This document shows positions 17,859 through 27,580 of a DNA stretch of 64,000 bases, piece by piece; within the stretch, counting starts at the first letter, position 1, and every line of letters starts with the position of its first letter. The position numbers and the translations under genes were made by a program. The notes under the pieces were generated by a model. That model saw only the letters and a list, made by a program, of their open reading frames with translations, was not told where the DNA came from and ran no database searches. The stretch comes from a virus. The stretch is taken from positions 64,001 through 128,000 of IMG/VR virus record IMGVR_UViG_3300022872_000001; one strand, written 5' to 3'.

Positions 17859-18629
17859 TCAAGAAACGTATTCGATGTCAGGAAAGTTCTCTGAGTTTAA
17901 CTGATAGTGCATTGAGCTGCCATTAATTCCCAAATATTTGGCAGCAGAGGTCAGTGTACTAAAAATTTTAGAACCGATCCTGACATTTCTCCCATTCAAT
18001 TCAGTTTGAGCTTTTACCATGCGCTGTTTTGTTTCTTCTGAGAGTTTACGCCCTCTATTGGCTATACTAATCTTTCTACGAGATTCTCTTGACATTACCT
18101 TTAGGCTTGAGCGTTTTCCTATCAAGGCTTTTGTCTCAGCTGAGTGTTTCTTTCCGCGCTTCGCGTTTCCTATGTTTTTTACACCACTCCGGAGTTCTTT
18201 CCATATTCTTCATGAATCTGGACATACGCTTACGCGTCTTTGGTGACATGTTAATTACACCTTCACCACCGTCAGTTAAGTTAGTGAGCGGACCTGTGCC
18301 AAGATCGTAACGACCAATAGTTTTAATTAATTCTTTTTCACGTTTTATAACTTTGGACTTACTCTTTGTAGTAGGTGTGCGTACCACTATCACTTCGTGT
18401 CCTTCTTTCAGTATTTTTCGTATCTTATTGCACTTATGATCCTTGTACACAAAAGAATTTCTATTCGGCGTTGGGCCGCTCGCACATGAATTTCACTCCG
18501 ACTACCTTGACCTAAACCTACGTAGAAAGGTTCGTGGGTAAAATGAGTTTTTGAATCGTATCGAAATTTGGTTTTAGAGGGCTTCCTTGGGTCTAATAGG
18601 GCGTAACAATAATATTGATTTTTAGACAT
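17859..18629 (-). pseudogene. free-standing GIY-YIG-superfamily homing endonuclease with two frameshifts
   Basis: YYCYALLDPR...FYVGLG, then E...I...LTNLTDGGEG, NUMOD3-like GKKHSAETK / GRKLSEETK, and a C-terminal HTH. Frame breaks lie near 18465 (1 nt short) and 18178 (one extra base in an A6 run). Confidence 0.8.
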
Positions 18630-18759
18630 AATGTACTCTCGTAAAGTAATTAACAGTAGATATCAGCTTTGTGATCTAGGTATGGTAGTTACGAGCTACA
18701 TCCAAGGGGATCAGTCCTCATCGTATCACAAGCTGACAAAATTAAATTAAACAAATCTT

Positions 18760-19776
18760 ATGTCTCAAAAACCGTACAGCCATAGTTTTGCTTTTGATAA
18801 AATGAAAAGAACCAAGGAAGAGATAACAGGCAATCTTACGAGCGCCCAGTATCTTCAAACCCTGGATCTTTTCATCTGGAATGCATTATCGCCAATAGCC
18901 GCCGAGTGCCCCTCCTTATTCCTGAATTACCTCGCCAAGGTGATTGCCCGTCAATCGCTTAAGGCTTCTGCAAAATATAGCTCCGACGATAGGACCCAAC
19001 TTCCTATCAGGTTATTTAATACCTTAACTTGCCAAGATCCTACGGTAATGATTAAGAATGCTCGGAAGCTTTATATCAACCGCGGTCTATTGCTAGGGTT
19101 CCTAACCCTATTTCAACGCCGCCTCATTTTCTATTCCAAATTGTGTTCAGGTACCAAACTGCCATATTCAGATCTAAACCGTAAGATACTTATTCTCAAC
19201 ATTGAGCGTTCCATAGGATTACGCGAAGGTGGCATGCTTTATCCTGCCTTAATGGAGGTAGAGTTCTGGGAAAAGAAGGCGCGTAACTTTAAGGCAGCTA
19301 TCGTCCAGAAATACACCAGACTAGCCTTGAATCATGCAAAGGGCGCGTATGAGGATTATTCACACGAAGTTGAGCTGAATGATATCGTGCAGATTTATCT
19401 AATTGTCGTTAACCGTGCCATTGATCGATGTGATTCTCGCCAAGGCGTTCTCACCATCTTCCTTACGAATTGGTTTAAATCTGCAAGGTCCGCAGTAGCT
19501 GAAATGGCTAAGGAGCAGAGACATCAATCCTACGAAGCTCTTACCGAGGAGTTAGGTGATTCAATCCATGAAGCTATTGGTGTCACTCTTCCTGACCTCG
19601 AATGGGAACTACAGCAACATATCGCCTATGTATCCAAGAATATTGATAAAACAGGATTGGTGCGTATTGCTTTAGGCATAAATGAATTTATTACCAAACC
19701 TCAGCAGGCTATACTGCACATGATGGCTTTGGAAACAGACCCTGATATGTACGAAACTCAGGAAACTTCCATATAA
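18760..19776 (+). CDS. divergent sigma-70-like transcription factor
   Basis: YTRLALNHAK...LNDIVQ...RAIDRCDSRQG...LTNWFKSA parallels sigma region 2 (NLRLV..IAK...DLIQ...AVDKF...G...ATWWIR). Confidence 0.5.
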   Translation: MSQKPYSHSFAFDKMKRTKEEITGNLTSAQYLQTLDLFIWNALSPIAAECPSLFLNYLAKVIARQSLKASAKYSSDDRTQLPIRLFNTLTCQDPTVMIKNARKLYINRGLLLGFLTLFQRRLIFYSKLCSGTKLPYSDLNRKILILNIERSIGLREGGMLYPALMEVEFWEKKARNFKAAIVQKYTRLALNHAKGAYEDYSHEVELNDIVQIYLIVVNRAIDRCDSRQGVLTIFLTNWFKSARSAVAEMAKEQRHQSYEALTEELGDSIHEAIGVTLPDLEWELQQHIAYVSKNIDKTGLVRIALGINEFITKPQQAILHMMALETDPDMYETQETSI

Positions 19777-19785
19777 GGACATCTT

Positions 19786-20250
19786 ATGGTAAATCAAAAA
19801 GTTGAGGAACTCCGGGAGAAACAACGCGTTCAATCAATCGCCTCCCTAAACGTCCTTGTTGATGCCTTAAAATCTACGGTAAGTGACTACCTTATTCGTG
19901 CAGGTCAGGCAGAGGAACTTGCTGGTGTTTTGCTTAATGAGAAACTTACACCGGAGCAGTTATTCGAATTGGCTAGTATCACCATAGGCAAGCATGTTAG
20001 AGACAAAGCGAACGAACGCGCTGTTCACCAACAACAGATATTGCAGACCACTTCGCTTGCAGTAAATAATGTACAACAAATGCTAATTATGTCCGATGAA
20101 CACCTGGATATAATTAAGATTCGTAGTGCAGTAAATATCATAGTACAAGGGTTAGCAACAGCCCTAGGCAATATGAAACACTTTGAGAAGGCAGTGAAGC
20201 TTCCAAGGTCCGATCAACAATCAACGCAATCAACAACGGAGAATTCCTGA
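19786..20250 (+). CDS. hypothetical helical protein
   Basis: aagga RBS; 154 aa. Confidence 0.65.
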   Translation: MVNQKVEELREKQRVQSIASLNVLVDALKSTVSDYLIRAGQAEELAGVLLNEKLTPEQLFELASITIGKHVRDKANERAVHQQQILQTTSLAVNNVQQMLIMSDEHLDIIKIRSAVNIIVQGLATALGNMKHFEKAVKLPRSDQQSTQSTTENS

Positions 20251-21797
20251 TGGGACAACAAGGGACGAGCCTAGAAGAGATGCGGGGTCCAGGTGGTAAG
20301 GATAAACCTCGCGTTGAAGATCAGGTTCAACTGTACAAATTCCCCAAGCAGAAATATGTGGAAGTTCGAATCTTCGGACCTGTATTCACATACGGTGGCT
20401 TTTGGGTGAACACCACACGCAAGGATGGCAAATCGAAGACCCAGTTCTTCGTCAACGCTCCTTCTTACGACCCAAAGACTCAGACACTTGATAGCTCGGT
20501 GTATGATCCTTGGCGTGATCTGTATGAACAACAGAAGGATTTGCCAAAGGAAGAACGGCAAGTTTCTTTCACAGTAAATGCGTATGTGAATGCAATTCAT
20601 CGGGCGACTCAAAAACAGGCTCCTAAGCATATGCCTAAGCCTACAAAGGCTGAACGCAAGTCTGGTTTTAAGGACAAAGATTCTGATTCATATACGCCGG
20701 TGGTGGCTCTTCGTTTACCATCTAGCGCAATTACCAAGCTCAAAGAGCAAGGTGCTTTGAATGTGCGTACAAAGAAAGGTGAAACTAAAACATATCCTTT
20801 GACGCACGAAAAATATGGCTGCAATGTTCGCGTTAAGTACGATGAAGAAAAATCCCCTGCGGATCGTTATTCGGTAGTTATCGGGGACAAGGCGGCCTTG
20901 ACTGAAAAAGAGTTGGAACTCTTGAAATGGGATTTATCGAATCTCGTTGAAAAGGAAACCGACGAAGAAGTGAAACGCAATTTTGAATCCTGGGCTAAAC
21001 GTAACGGAGTAGATATGGCAACCAAAGCAAAGAAACGCAAATCAGAAGAAGTTGAATTGGACGAAGATGAGGATGAGGACGAAGAAGAGACCTCCTCCAG
21101 CAAAAAGAAGGGTAAGGGCAAGAAAGCTGCCAAGTCCAAGAAGAAAGGTAAGTCCCGTGATGAGGACGACGAAGAAGATGAGGACGACGATGAGGACCTT
21201 GACGAGGACGAGGACGACGAGGATGAGCCTAAGAAGTCCAAAGGTAAAGCCAAGGCTAAATCTAAGTCCAAGGGCAAGAAATCTTCCAGTTCTGATGAGG
21301 ATGAGGATGAAGATGAAGATGAAGATGAGGACGACCTCGATGACGACGAGGACGATGAGGATGACGACGAGGACGACGAGGACGATGAGCCTAAGAAAAA
21401 AGGCAAGTCCAAGGTAAAGGCTAAGTCCAAGGGCAAGAAATCCAAGTCTGAAGATGAAGATGAAGATGAGGACGACGAGGACGAGGACGACGACGAGGAT
21501 GATCTCGATGAGGATGATGAGGATGATGAAGATGAGGATGATGAAGATGAGGATGATGAGCCTAAGAAAAAAGGCAAGTCCAAGTCCAAGGTAAAGGCTA
21601 AGTCCAAGAAATCTTCCAAGTCGGACGACGAGGACGAAGATGAGGACGAAGATGAGGACGAAGATGAGGATGACCTCGATGAGGATGAGGATGACGAAGA
21701 TGAGGATGAGGATGATGAGCCTAAGAAAAAAGGCAAGTCCAAGGTGAAAGCTAAATCCAAACCTGAAAAGAAAGCCGCAAAGAAGAAAAAGAAGTAA
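20250..21797 (+). CDS. probable ssDNA-binding protein (gp32-like N-domain) with long acidic/basic repeat tail
   Basis: About 250-aa globular N-terminus directly upstream of recA (position typical of SSB), followed by alternating D/E and K/S blocks; the SSB call is inference. Confidence 0.55.
   Translation: MGQQGTSLEEMRGPGGKDKPRVEDQVQLYKFPKQKYVEVRIFGPVFTYGGFWVNTTRKDGKSKTQFFVNAPSYDPKTQTLDSSVYDPWRDLYEQQKDLPKEERQVSFTVNAYVNAIHRATQKQAPKHMPKPTKAERKSGFKDKDSDSYTPVVALRLPSSAITKLKEQGALNVRTKKGETKTYPLTHEKYGCNVRVKYDEEKSPADRYSVVIGDKAALTEKELELLKWDLSNLVEKETDEEVKRNFESWAKRNGVDMATKAKKRKSEEVELDEDEDEDEEETSSSKKKGKGKKAAKSKKKGKSRDEDDEEDEDDDEDLDEDEDDEDEPKKSKGKAKAKSKSKGKKSSSSDEDEDEDEDEDEDDLDDDEDDEDDDEDDEDDEPKKKGKSKVKAKSKGKKSKSEDEDEDEDDEDEDDDEDDLDEDDEDDEDEDDEDEDDEPKKKGKSKSKVKAKSKKSSKSDDEDEDEDEDEDEDEDDLDEDEDDEDEDEDDEPKKKGKSKVKAKSKPEKKAAKKKKK
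21222..21743 (+). repeat. four imperfect 159-171 bp coding repeats (acidic block + PKKKGKSK block)
   Basis: gatgagcctaagaaaaaaggcaagtccaag is exact at 21384, 21555 and 21714, with a variant at 21222. Confidence 0.9.
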
Positions 21798-21825
21798 CCT
21801 GTTCGGCTGAATAGGTGTAGTCACG

Positions 21826-21864
21826 ACCCAGCCCTGATGGAAATCTCGGCTGGGTTTTTCGTTT
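21826..21864 (+). terminator. Rho-independent terminator
   Basis: ACCCAGCC / GGCTGGGT stem followed by TTTTCGTTT. Confidence 0.75.
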
Positions 21865-21879
21865 CCACTGGAGTAATTA

Positions 21880-24489
21880 ATGGCCAAAGACAAGAAAGTA
21901 TCTAAATCGAAAGATGAGGATAAGAAGTCTAAGAAAACCAAAGCGGTAAAGCCGGAGAAGGTAGTAAAGGAAAAGAAATCTGCCAAGAAAGAAAAGGCAG
22001 GTTTTGATATGAATTCATTCATGGACAATACTCTTGATAGTATTGCCAAACGACAAGGATTCGAATCGTCTTCTCTTGAAGTATCTCCTCCCATGTCCAC
22101 AGGCTTGCTAGCCTTGGATCTGATTACAGGAGGAGGCATTCGTCCTTGCATGTTGACAGCCGCAGGCGGAGAACAGTGTGCGAAGACCACAGTCGCCTTG
22201 ACGGCTATGGGTGCAGCTATTCAAGAAAATATTCCATTGATTGCCTTCATCGATTATGAGGGCTGCGTTACTTCGGATACCTTAATAGGATATGGCAAAG
22301 GAAAACACGCACGTTTAGATGATCTCTTTGATCTTTCTATGGTTGGTACTTGGAAATCGGGCACCTGGCCAGGCCAAGTTCGTCGAGATATAGATACAGT
22401 TGAGCCGGGACATCGTTATGGAGGCACAGGTGTTCGTACCGGAGAACTCTTCTATAAGGGATTAAAGTCCACTACTGAGGTATCCTTTAACACAGGACAT
22501 AAACTTCGAGGCCATGGACATAAGATGTATGTACTCCGTAACGGCTATGCTACTGTTGTACCTCTCGAGAATTTGTGTGTAGGCGAACAAGTTCTCGTAC
22601 TCCGTTCTTCCAGTATCGAGGAAATATGGAAGCCTGTATTTGGGTATGGTAAGAAGATTTCTCAACGCTACGAAATATCTAATCTCGGGAATGTGCGTTC
22701 CCTAGACATGTTAACCGAGGATAGCCTAACCTCTTCCACAGGAAAAGCCTTTACCCGTAAGCGTCAAGTTAAAGGACGCATGTTGAAACCGCAGGCTGTA
22801 AAAGATGGACACGTGTGGGTATCACTCTGCGATGGAACAATTCAGAAGAAAGTTTTGGTACATCGTTTAGTTGCGCGGGCCTTTATAGGACCTGTTCCTG
22901 CAAATTCTCCTTTGGTTCTCCATTGGAACGATGATCCAAAAGACAATCGTGTTTCGAATTTGCGTTATGGAGACGAGATCGATAACGCCATGGATCGTAA
23001 GGTACGTGGACGTGCGTCAAAAGGTGCAGAAGTACACACCTCAGTTCTCACAGAAACTAAAGTTAAAAAGATTCAAGCCCTGAATGGCACAACCACCCTT
23101 CAGAAAACTGCTGATAAATTTGGGGTTTCGAATGCCACAATCTATCAGATATGGGCAGGTAATGCCTGGGAACATCTAAATGAGGAGCGTATTAGTCTTG
23201 ACCTGACTCAAGAAATTCTTGATGACTACGAAGTCGCATCCGTAGTATGCGTTAAGAAAACGGGCAAGAAGGAACACGTTTTTGATATTTCCTTGCGCGG
23301 TGTTGCTAACGATATCATGCCTCATTCAATCATAACTAATGGTGTTGTAACACATAACTCTACCAAAAACTCGAAAACCTATGTCCACAGCATCCTTAAG
23401 GGAATGGGCATCAAGCTCTCTATGGATGAGGTATTTGGTAAACAAGGTAAGGATGGCAAATGGGAGATTGCTCCTCGTGTGCGTTATCGTGCGGAGACAA
23501 TTCTTGAGCGATTCTATGAATGGTTAGGTTCCATTCTCCGTGAACTGCCTGATAAGCGCTATGTAGAAGGTGGTTGGTGGTTAGTATTTGAGGATAACAA
23601 AAAGAATAAACTGAAACTAGCCAACGACATGGACACTTCCATGACACGCAAATACGGCAATGGTATTTGGGTTCAGGCACAGGATGGAAAATTGCAAGGT
23701 ATCGTGTTCCTGGATTCCTACACTGCCATGAATCCAGAAGCAAAGGATGAGGAAGACATTAGCAATCAACTGTCTGTAAAAGCTTCGGCGTTCTCCAAGC
23801 AACTAGAGCGCATCAAGGGGCGCATGGCTCAAAAGATGGTTACCGTATATGGATTGAATCATCTACGGGATAATCCCATGGCTATGTTTGGTCCAAAGGA
23901 AACTGAAAAGGGCGGTAAAGCCTTGCAGCAGTTCTCTGACGTGCGTTTTCGTCAGACCTCTCGTGCCTTGTCCGCTCCACCCTTTAGCCCTAAGGCAGGT
24001 AAAAAGGCAGGCAAGGCTATCTACGATGAGGTAGAGAAATCGGCTGAGTTTGAGGGGGTTGATGTGTATCGTTACGTGCATGTCAAGGCTATCAAGAACA
24101 AACTGTGGACTCCTCAGCGGGAGTGCTATCTTCGTATCTGGGTAGAAGATGGGGCTGGTATTGCGCGGGGTATCGATCCGGTATTCGATACTATTTTCTA
24201 CCTCCGGGAAACTGGTCAGCTCTCTGGTAAACGTAAGGCATTCAAACTGGACATTGATGGTTTAGGTAAAGCTAAGAAACCTATTCCTTGGGAATTCCTG
24301 AAAAAATGGATTCTTGGTAACAAGGAAACGATGACCAAAATTTCCGCCGCAATGGGATATAAGCCAGTTAATCTACGCAAATATTGTTTCAAGCAAATTG
24401 TGAACGGTTCTGGAGAACGTCTTTTCATTGAATCTCAAACGGCAAGGCAAGGGGCTGTAGGTGGTGATGAAGAAGGGGATGACGAATAA
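21880..24489 (+). CDS. recA: RecA/UvsX-like recombinase precursor containing an intein
   Basis: STGLLALDLITGGG, variant Walker A GGEQCAKTT, FIDYEG, VFLDSY Walker B, GGKAL..FSDVR. Confidence 0.85.
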   Translation: MAKDKKVSKSKDEDKKSKKTKAVKPEKVVKEKKSAKKEKAGFDMNSFMDNTLDSIAKRQGFESSSLEVSPPMSTGLLALDLITGGGIRPCMLTAAGGEQCAKTTVALTAMGAAIQENIPLIAFIDYEGCVTSDTLIGYGKGKHARLDDLFDLSMVGTWKSGTWPGQVRRDIDTVEPGHRYGGTGVRTGELFYKGLKSTTEVSFNTGHKLRGHGHKMYVLRNGYATVVPLENLCVGEQVLVLRSSSIEEIWKPVFGYGKKISQRYEISNLGNVRSLDMLTEDSLTSSTGKAFTRKRQVKGRMLKPQAVKDGHVWVSLCDGTIQKKVLVHRLVARAFIGPVPANSPLVLHWNDDPKDNRVSNLRYGDEIDNAMDRKVRGRASKGAEVHTSVLTETKVKKIQALNGTTTLQKTADKFGVSNATIYQIWAGNAWEHLNEERISLDLTQEILDDYEVASVVCVKKTGKKEHVFDISLRGVANDIMPHSIITNGVVTHNSTKNSKTYVHSILKGMGIKLSMDEVFGKQGKDGKWEIAPRVRYRAETILERFYEWLGSILRELPDKRYVEGGWWLVFEDNKKNKLKLANDMDTSMTRKYGNGIWVQAQDGKLQGIVFLDSYTAMNPEAKDEEDISNQLSVKASAFSKQLERIKGRMAQKMVTVYGLNHLRDNPMAMFGPKETEKGGKALQQFSDVRFRQTSRALSAPPFSPKAGKKAGKAIYDEVEKSAEFEGVDVYRYVHVKAIKNKLWTPQRECYLRIWVEDGAGIARGIDPVFDTIFYLRETGQLSGKRKAFKLDIDGLGKAKKPIPWEFLKKWILGNKETMTKISAAMGYKPVNLRKYCFKQIVNGSGERLFIESQTARQGAVGGDEEGDDE
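22264..23358 (+). mobile_element. intein (365 aa) with NUMOD4 + HNH homing endonuclease
   Basis: Begins CVTSDT, has block F VFDISL, and ends VTHN followed by Ser. Internal WKPVFGY...YEISNLGNVRS (NUMOD4) and VHRLVA...LHWNDDPKDNRVSNL (HNH). Confidence 0.92.
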
Positions 24490-24499
24490 AGGATAAGTA

Positions 24500-25204
24500 A
24501 TGCTCACAGTGAAATCGAAGAAGGTTAGAACTCAAGCTGAGGAATTGATCCTAACAGATCAAACGGAGATGGATAATGCAGACGCTGCCCTTCTTTCGAT
24601 TTCCGAACTTGCGTATTCTACCAAAGTCACCCCACCTAAATCTAAGGAAGCGCGGTCCGAAAGATCGCGTTTCTTTTTCACACCTAGTGAATCTCTGGAT
24701 GAGGAAATTAAACGTAGGAAGAAGCAATTCAAAAAACCTATAATATCTCATGTAGATACTCCTATACAAAAACGGGTTAAAAAATATAAGAAGCAAGTTC
24801 CCAAGGTACTTAAAGCAAATATTACAGTTGTTCGGGAATTCTTTCTGAAGGAAATTGCTCCTCGTACCCTGGCTATGGACGCAGGTTCCACGCAAGCGCG
24901 CGCTGTTGTACAGGAAATGCTAAAGACGGAAGTAGATGTAACCATGTTTAATCGTTTCGAACGCATGGTGAATTCCGCAGCCAATATTTCCATGGCTACA
25001 TTTATAGCCGCGTACTTTGGTTTGCCTAAACAGGCAGCAAACCAACTATTAGCTGAGCTAAATTTTAAACCACAGTTCATGTCTATGCCTCCCATACCGC
25101 AACTACAGCCTATGCCTGCGCCTAGGAATCGTAGGCATTCAACTACGCCCATGATGTCGAAACCTCGTAGGAGAAAAGAGCGTGAAGAAGAATTCGAGTT
25201 CTAG
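24500..25204 (+). CDS. hypothetical basic protein
   Basis: 234 aa, lies between recA and terminase. Confidence 0.7.
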   Translation: MLTVKSKKVRTQAEELILTDQTEMDNADAALLSISELAYSTKVTPPKSKEARSERSRFFFTPSESLDEEIKRRKKQFKKPIISHVDTPIQKRVKKYKKQVPKVLKANITVVREFFLKEIAPRTLAMDAGSTQARAVVQEMLKTEVDVTMFNRFERMVNSAANISMATFIAAYFGLPKQAANQLLAELNFKPQFMSMPPIPQLQPMPAPRNRRHSTTPMMSKPRRRKEREEEFEF

Positions 25205-27563
25205 TGTATTTACCATATTTGACTCAGCACGTCCCAAGAAAAAGAAAATAGTTGAGGAAGTACCTAAAAAGAAAAAGAAGAAAATCAAAACGTCTGAGTT
25301 AGTTGATAGGATCGTAGATGCCCCTGCTCTACACCTGAAAAAGAAAACTAATAAGGATTACGAAAAATCTTCCAAGAAACAGGATAAGAATGCTGCGGTA
25401 TTTGCCCAACTCTTTCCGTCCTTGGTAAATGAAGAGGACATAGAATCCGCACGGCGTTATAAACGCAGGATGGAGAAATTGAGTAGTTCCAAGGGAGGAT
25501 TGAATTCAATTGATGATATGTATTCGATTGATCCGAACACAGGAATTGCTATTCCAAAGGATAAGGAATTGATCCTCCCTGAGGATTTTGATATTCGTAC
25601 CTTAATGAACGAAGCTACGGATCCGGTAACTGGCGTGGTGCGTGATTTAAAGATTGATGATCGTGATCTTCCTTTAGCAAAAAATTATTATGATTTTGCT
25701 TTTGTTATCATTGGCAAAGATGCCCATCCTCCCTGGGCACGCCAGATGTGGACAGGCTTGATGCTATTTGGAGAAGTATGTCCCTGTTGTTCTAATCCTA
25801 AATATTTAGATATTCAGAATATATCTAAAACCATGCCAGCAAAGAATATTAAGGAACATCTGGTATTACTTGAGCATGGAAAATGTCCTAAATGCAAAAG
25901 GGAAAAATGGGATTTAATCAAGAATCATGGCTTACGTAATTATCAGCAACTGGTAAATCTACTTGGTCAGCGATCAGGTAAGTCATCTAGTGCGGCTTCC
26001 TACGCTGCGTACCTGACTCACCGTTACCTAAAGTTTCCTAATTTGGCAAGTCTTAGCACCTCAATGCAGGCATCAACGGAACTTACCTGTACCTTTGTTT
26101 CATTGAGCTTGACGAAAGCTATTGGTGTTCTTTGGACACCTTATCGGAAAATGATCGAAAAATCTAAATGGTTTTCCGAGTATTTTTCCTTGCTCGATAA
26201 TTACCGTGAAAAATATGGTAAAGAGTTGTACAGGGATTCCACTCTTTATCTTCGTGTATTTCATAAGAATTTGCATTTCTATCCTTCCGGTCCTCGTTCT
26301 TCTACTTTGCGGGGCGACACTCGTATATGCGCTCTGCTTGATGAATTGGGTTTGTTTCCTTTACCTAAAGGTGATGATGACGAAGATGAGACAAGTGAAA
26401 GAGCTAATGCCGACGAGGCTCACAAATCACTGATGAATTCCCTTACCACCGTACAGTCGGTAAGTATTAAACTTTTGAAGGAAGGCTATAATTCCGTACC
26501 TCCTGCTTTGATGATGTCTGTGTCTTCTCCTGCCTCCCAACGTGACAAAATGATGCGATTGCTTCGTGAATCCCGCACAGAGGCAGGAAGGGAATATATC
26601 TTAGGTATTAACCTTCCAACGTGGGAAGCCAATCCAGATATTGATAGAGATAATCCAATCATTGTTATGGCTTACAACTCAAATGCTGAAAAGGCAGAGC
26701 GTGACTTTGGAGCTAATCCTCCTATGGTTCACTCTACCTTCATCAAGCGCCACGTTGTTGAAACAGGTTTATTTATTGGTGGGCAAAATTCTCACATACT
26801 GAAATACTGTCTTGATAAACCTGGAGAATTGTACGGTACTATTGAACGAGTAAGGACAGTAAATTGGCCATCCATTATCTCCATTGATGCCGGACACGTC
26901 AATAATTCATTTACCATAACTGCAGGACATTTTGATTTTGTCACGCATAAAACCGTGGTATCTACCATTCTGGAATGCATGCCAATGGAAGGTCGAAGGA
27001 TCAACTTTAACCTTTTGTACCAATATGTGATTTTGCCATTAGCTAAGGATGTGAACGCTGTAGGACTAATTGCCGACCAATGGCAATCCATTGATCTACT
27101 GTATCGATTAGCAGACGATATGGGGAATAATCCATTGCAGAAACCAAGAGTTAAATCGGTGCAGTATTCGCCGCGCCGTAAGGATTTCACAAACTCTTTA
27201 GCCACTATGGAGAACAGAAATATTATTCTCCCTACGGTTAATAGCGAGGTAGCTCAAAGAATCTTTGATGGTAACATCGAGGATTATAGAATTGAGATGA
27301 AGGATCGTCCTGTGGAACATTTGATGCTTCAAATGCTTACCATTAAGGACGAAGGCGAAACCAAGACGCCTGGCAAGGGCGATGGTTTTACAGATGATAT
27401 TTACCGTGCCTTCGTTTTGATTGCATCTAAAATACACGATCCGAAAGTTATGGCTCGCCTGCAGGAAGCCCGTTCGTGGAAGTACGACGGTACGTCTAAC
27501 CGTAGAGGTATGCCGATGCCCGCCTTTGCCGGTCGTTCTGGTATGGGTTTCCGCGGTCGTTAA
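25182..27563 (+). CDS. terL: terminase large subunit
   Basis: GQRSGKS Walker A, LLDELG Walker B, SIDAG nuclease Asp, terminal DDIYRA; upstream of the probable portal. Confidence 0.85.
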   Translation: MKKNSSSSVFTIFDSARPKKKKIVEEVPKKKKKKIKTSELVDRIVDAPALHLKKKTNKDYEKSSKKQDKNAAVFAQLFPSLVNEEDIESARRYKRRMEKLSSSKGGLNSIDDMYSIDPNTGIAIPKDKELILPEDFDIRTLMNEATDPVTGVVRDLKIDDRDLPLAKNYYDFAFVIIGKDAHPPWARQMWTGLMLFGEVCPCCSNPKYLDIQNISKTMPAKNIKEHLVLLEHGKCPKCKREKWDLIKNHGLRNYQQLVNLLGQRSGKSSSAASYAAYLTHRYLKFPNLASLSTSMQASTELTCTFVSLSLTKAIGVLWTPYRKMIEKSKWFSEYFSLLDNYREKYGKELYRDSTLYLRVFHKNLHFYPSGPRSSTLRGDTRICALLDELGLFPLPKGDDDEDETSERANADEAHKSLMNSLTTVQSVSIKLLKEGYNSVPPALMMSVSSPASQRDKMMRLLRESRTEAGREYILGINLPTWEANPDIDRDNPIIVMAYNSNAEKAERDFGANPPMVHSTFIKRHVVETGLFIGGQNSHILKYCLDKPGELYGTIERVRTVNWPSIISIDAGHVNNSFTITAGHFDFVTHKTVVSTILECMPMEGRRINFNLLYQYVILPLAKDVNAVGLIADQWQSIDLLYRLADDMGNNPLQKPRVKSVQYSPRRKDFTNSLATMENRNIILPTVNSEVAQRIFDGNIEDYRIEMKDRPVEHLMLQMLTIKDEGETKTPGKGDGFTDDIYRAFVLIASKIHDPKVMARLQEARSWKYDGTSNRRGMPMPAFAGRSGMGFRGR

Positions 27564-27580
27564 CTACAAGGAAATTCATC

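Noticed and set aside
18663-18736. tRNA or hammerhead ribozyme
   Set aside because: No T-loop GTTCRA, no cloverleaf, and no CUGANGA/GAAA core on either strand
21222-21743. CRISPR-like array from regularly spaced 30-bp repeats
   Set aside because: Repeats are in-frame coding sequence, spacers are low-complexity and similar to each other, and there are no cas genes
20867-22190. Long minus-strand ORFs (poly-Ser 297 aa; hydrophobic 382 aa) and plus-strand 21052..21417
   Set aside because: Shadow frames of the GAT/GAG/AAG low-complexity repeat in the 20250 gene
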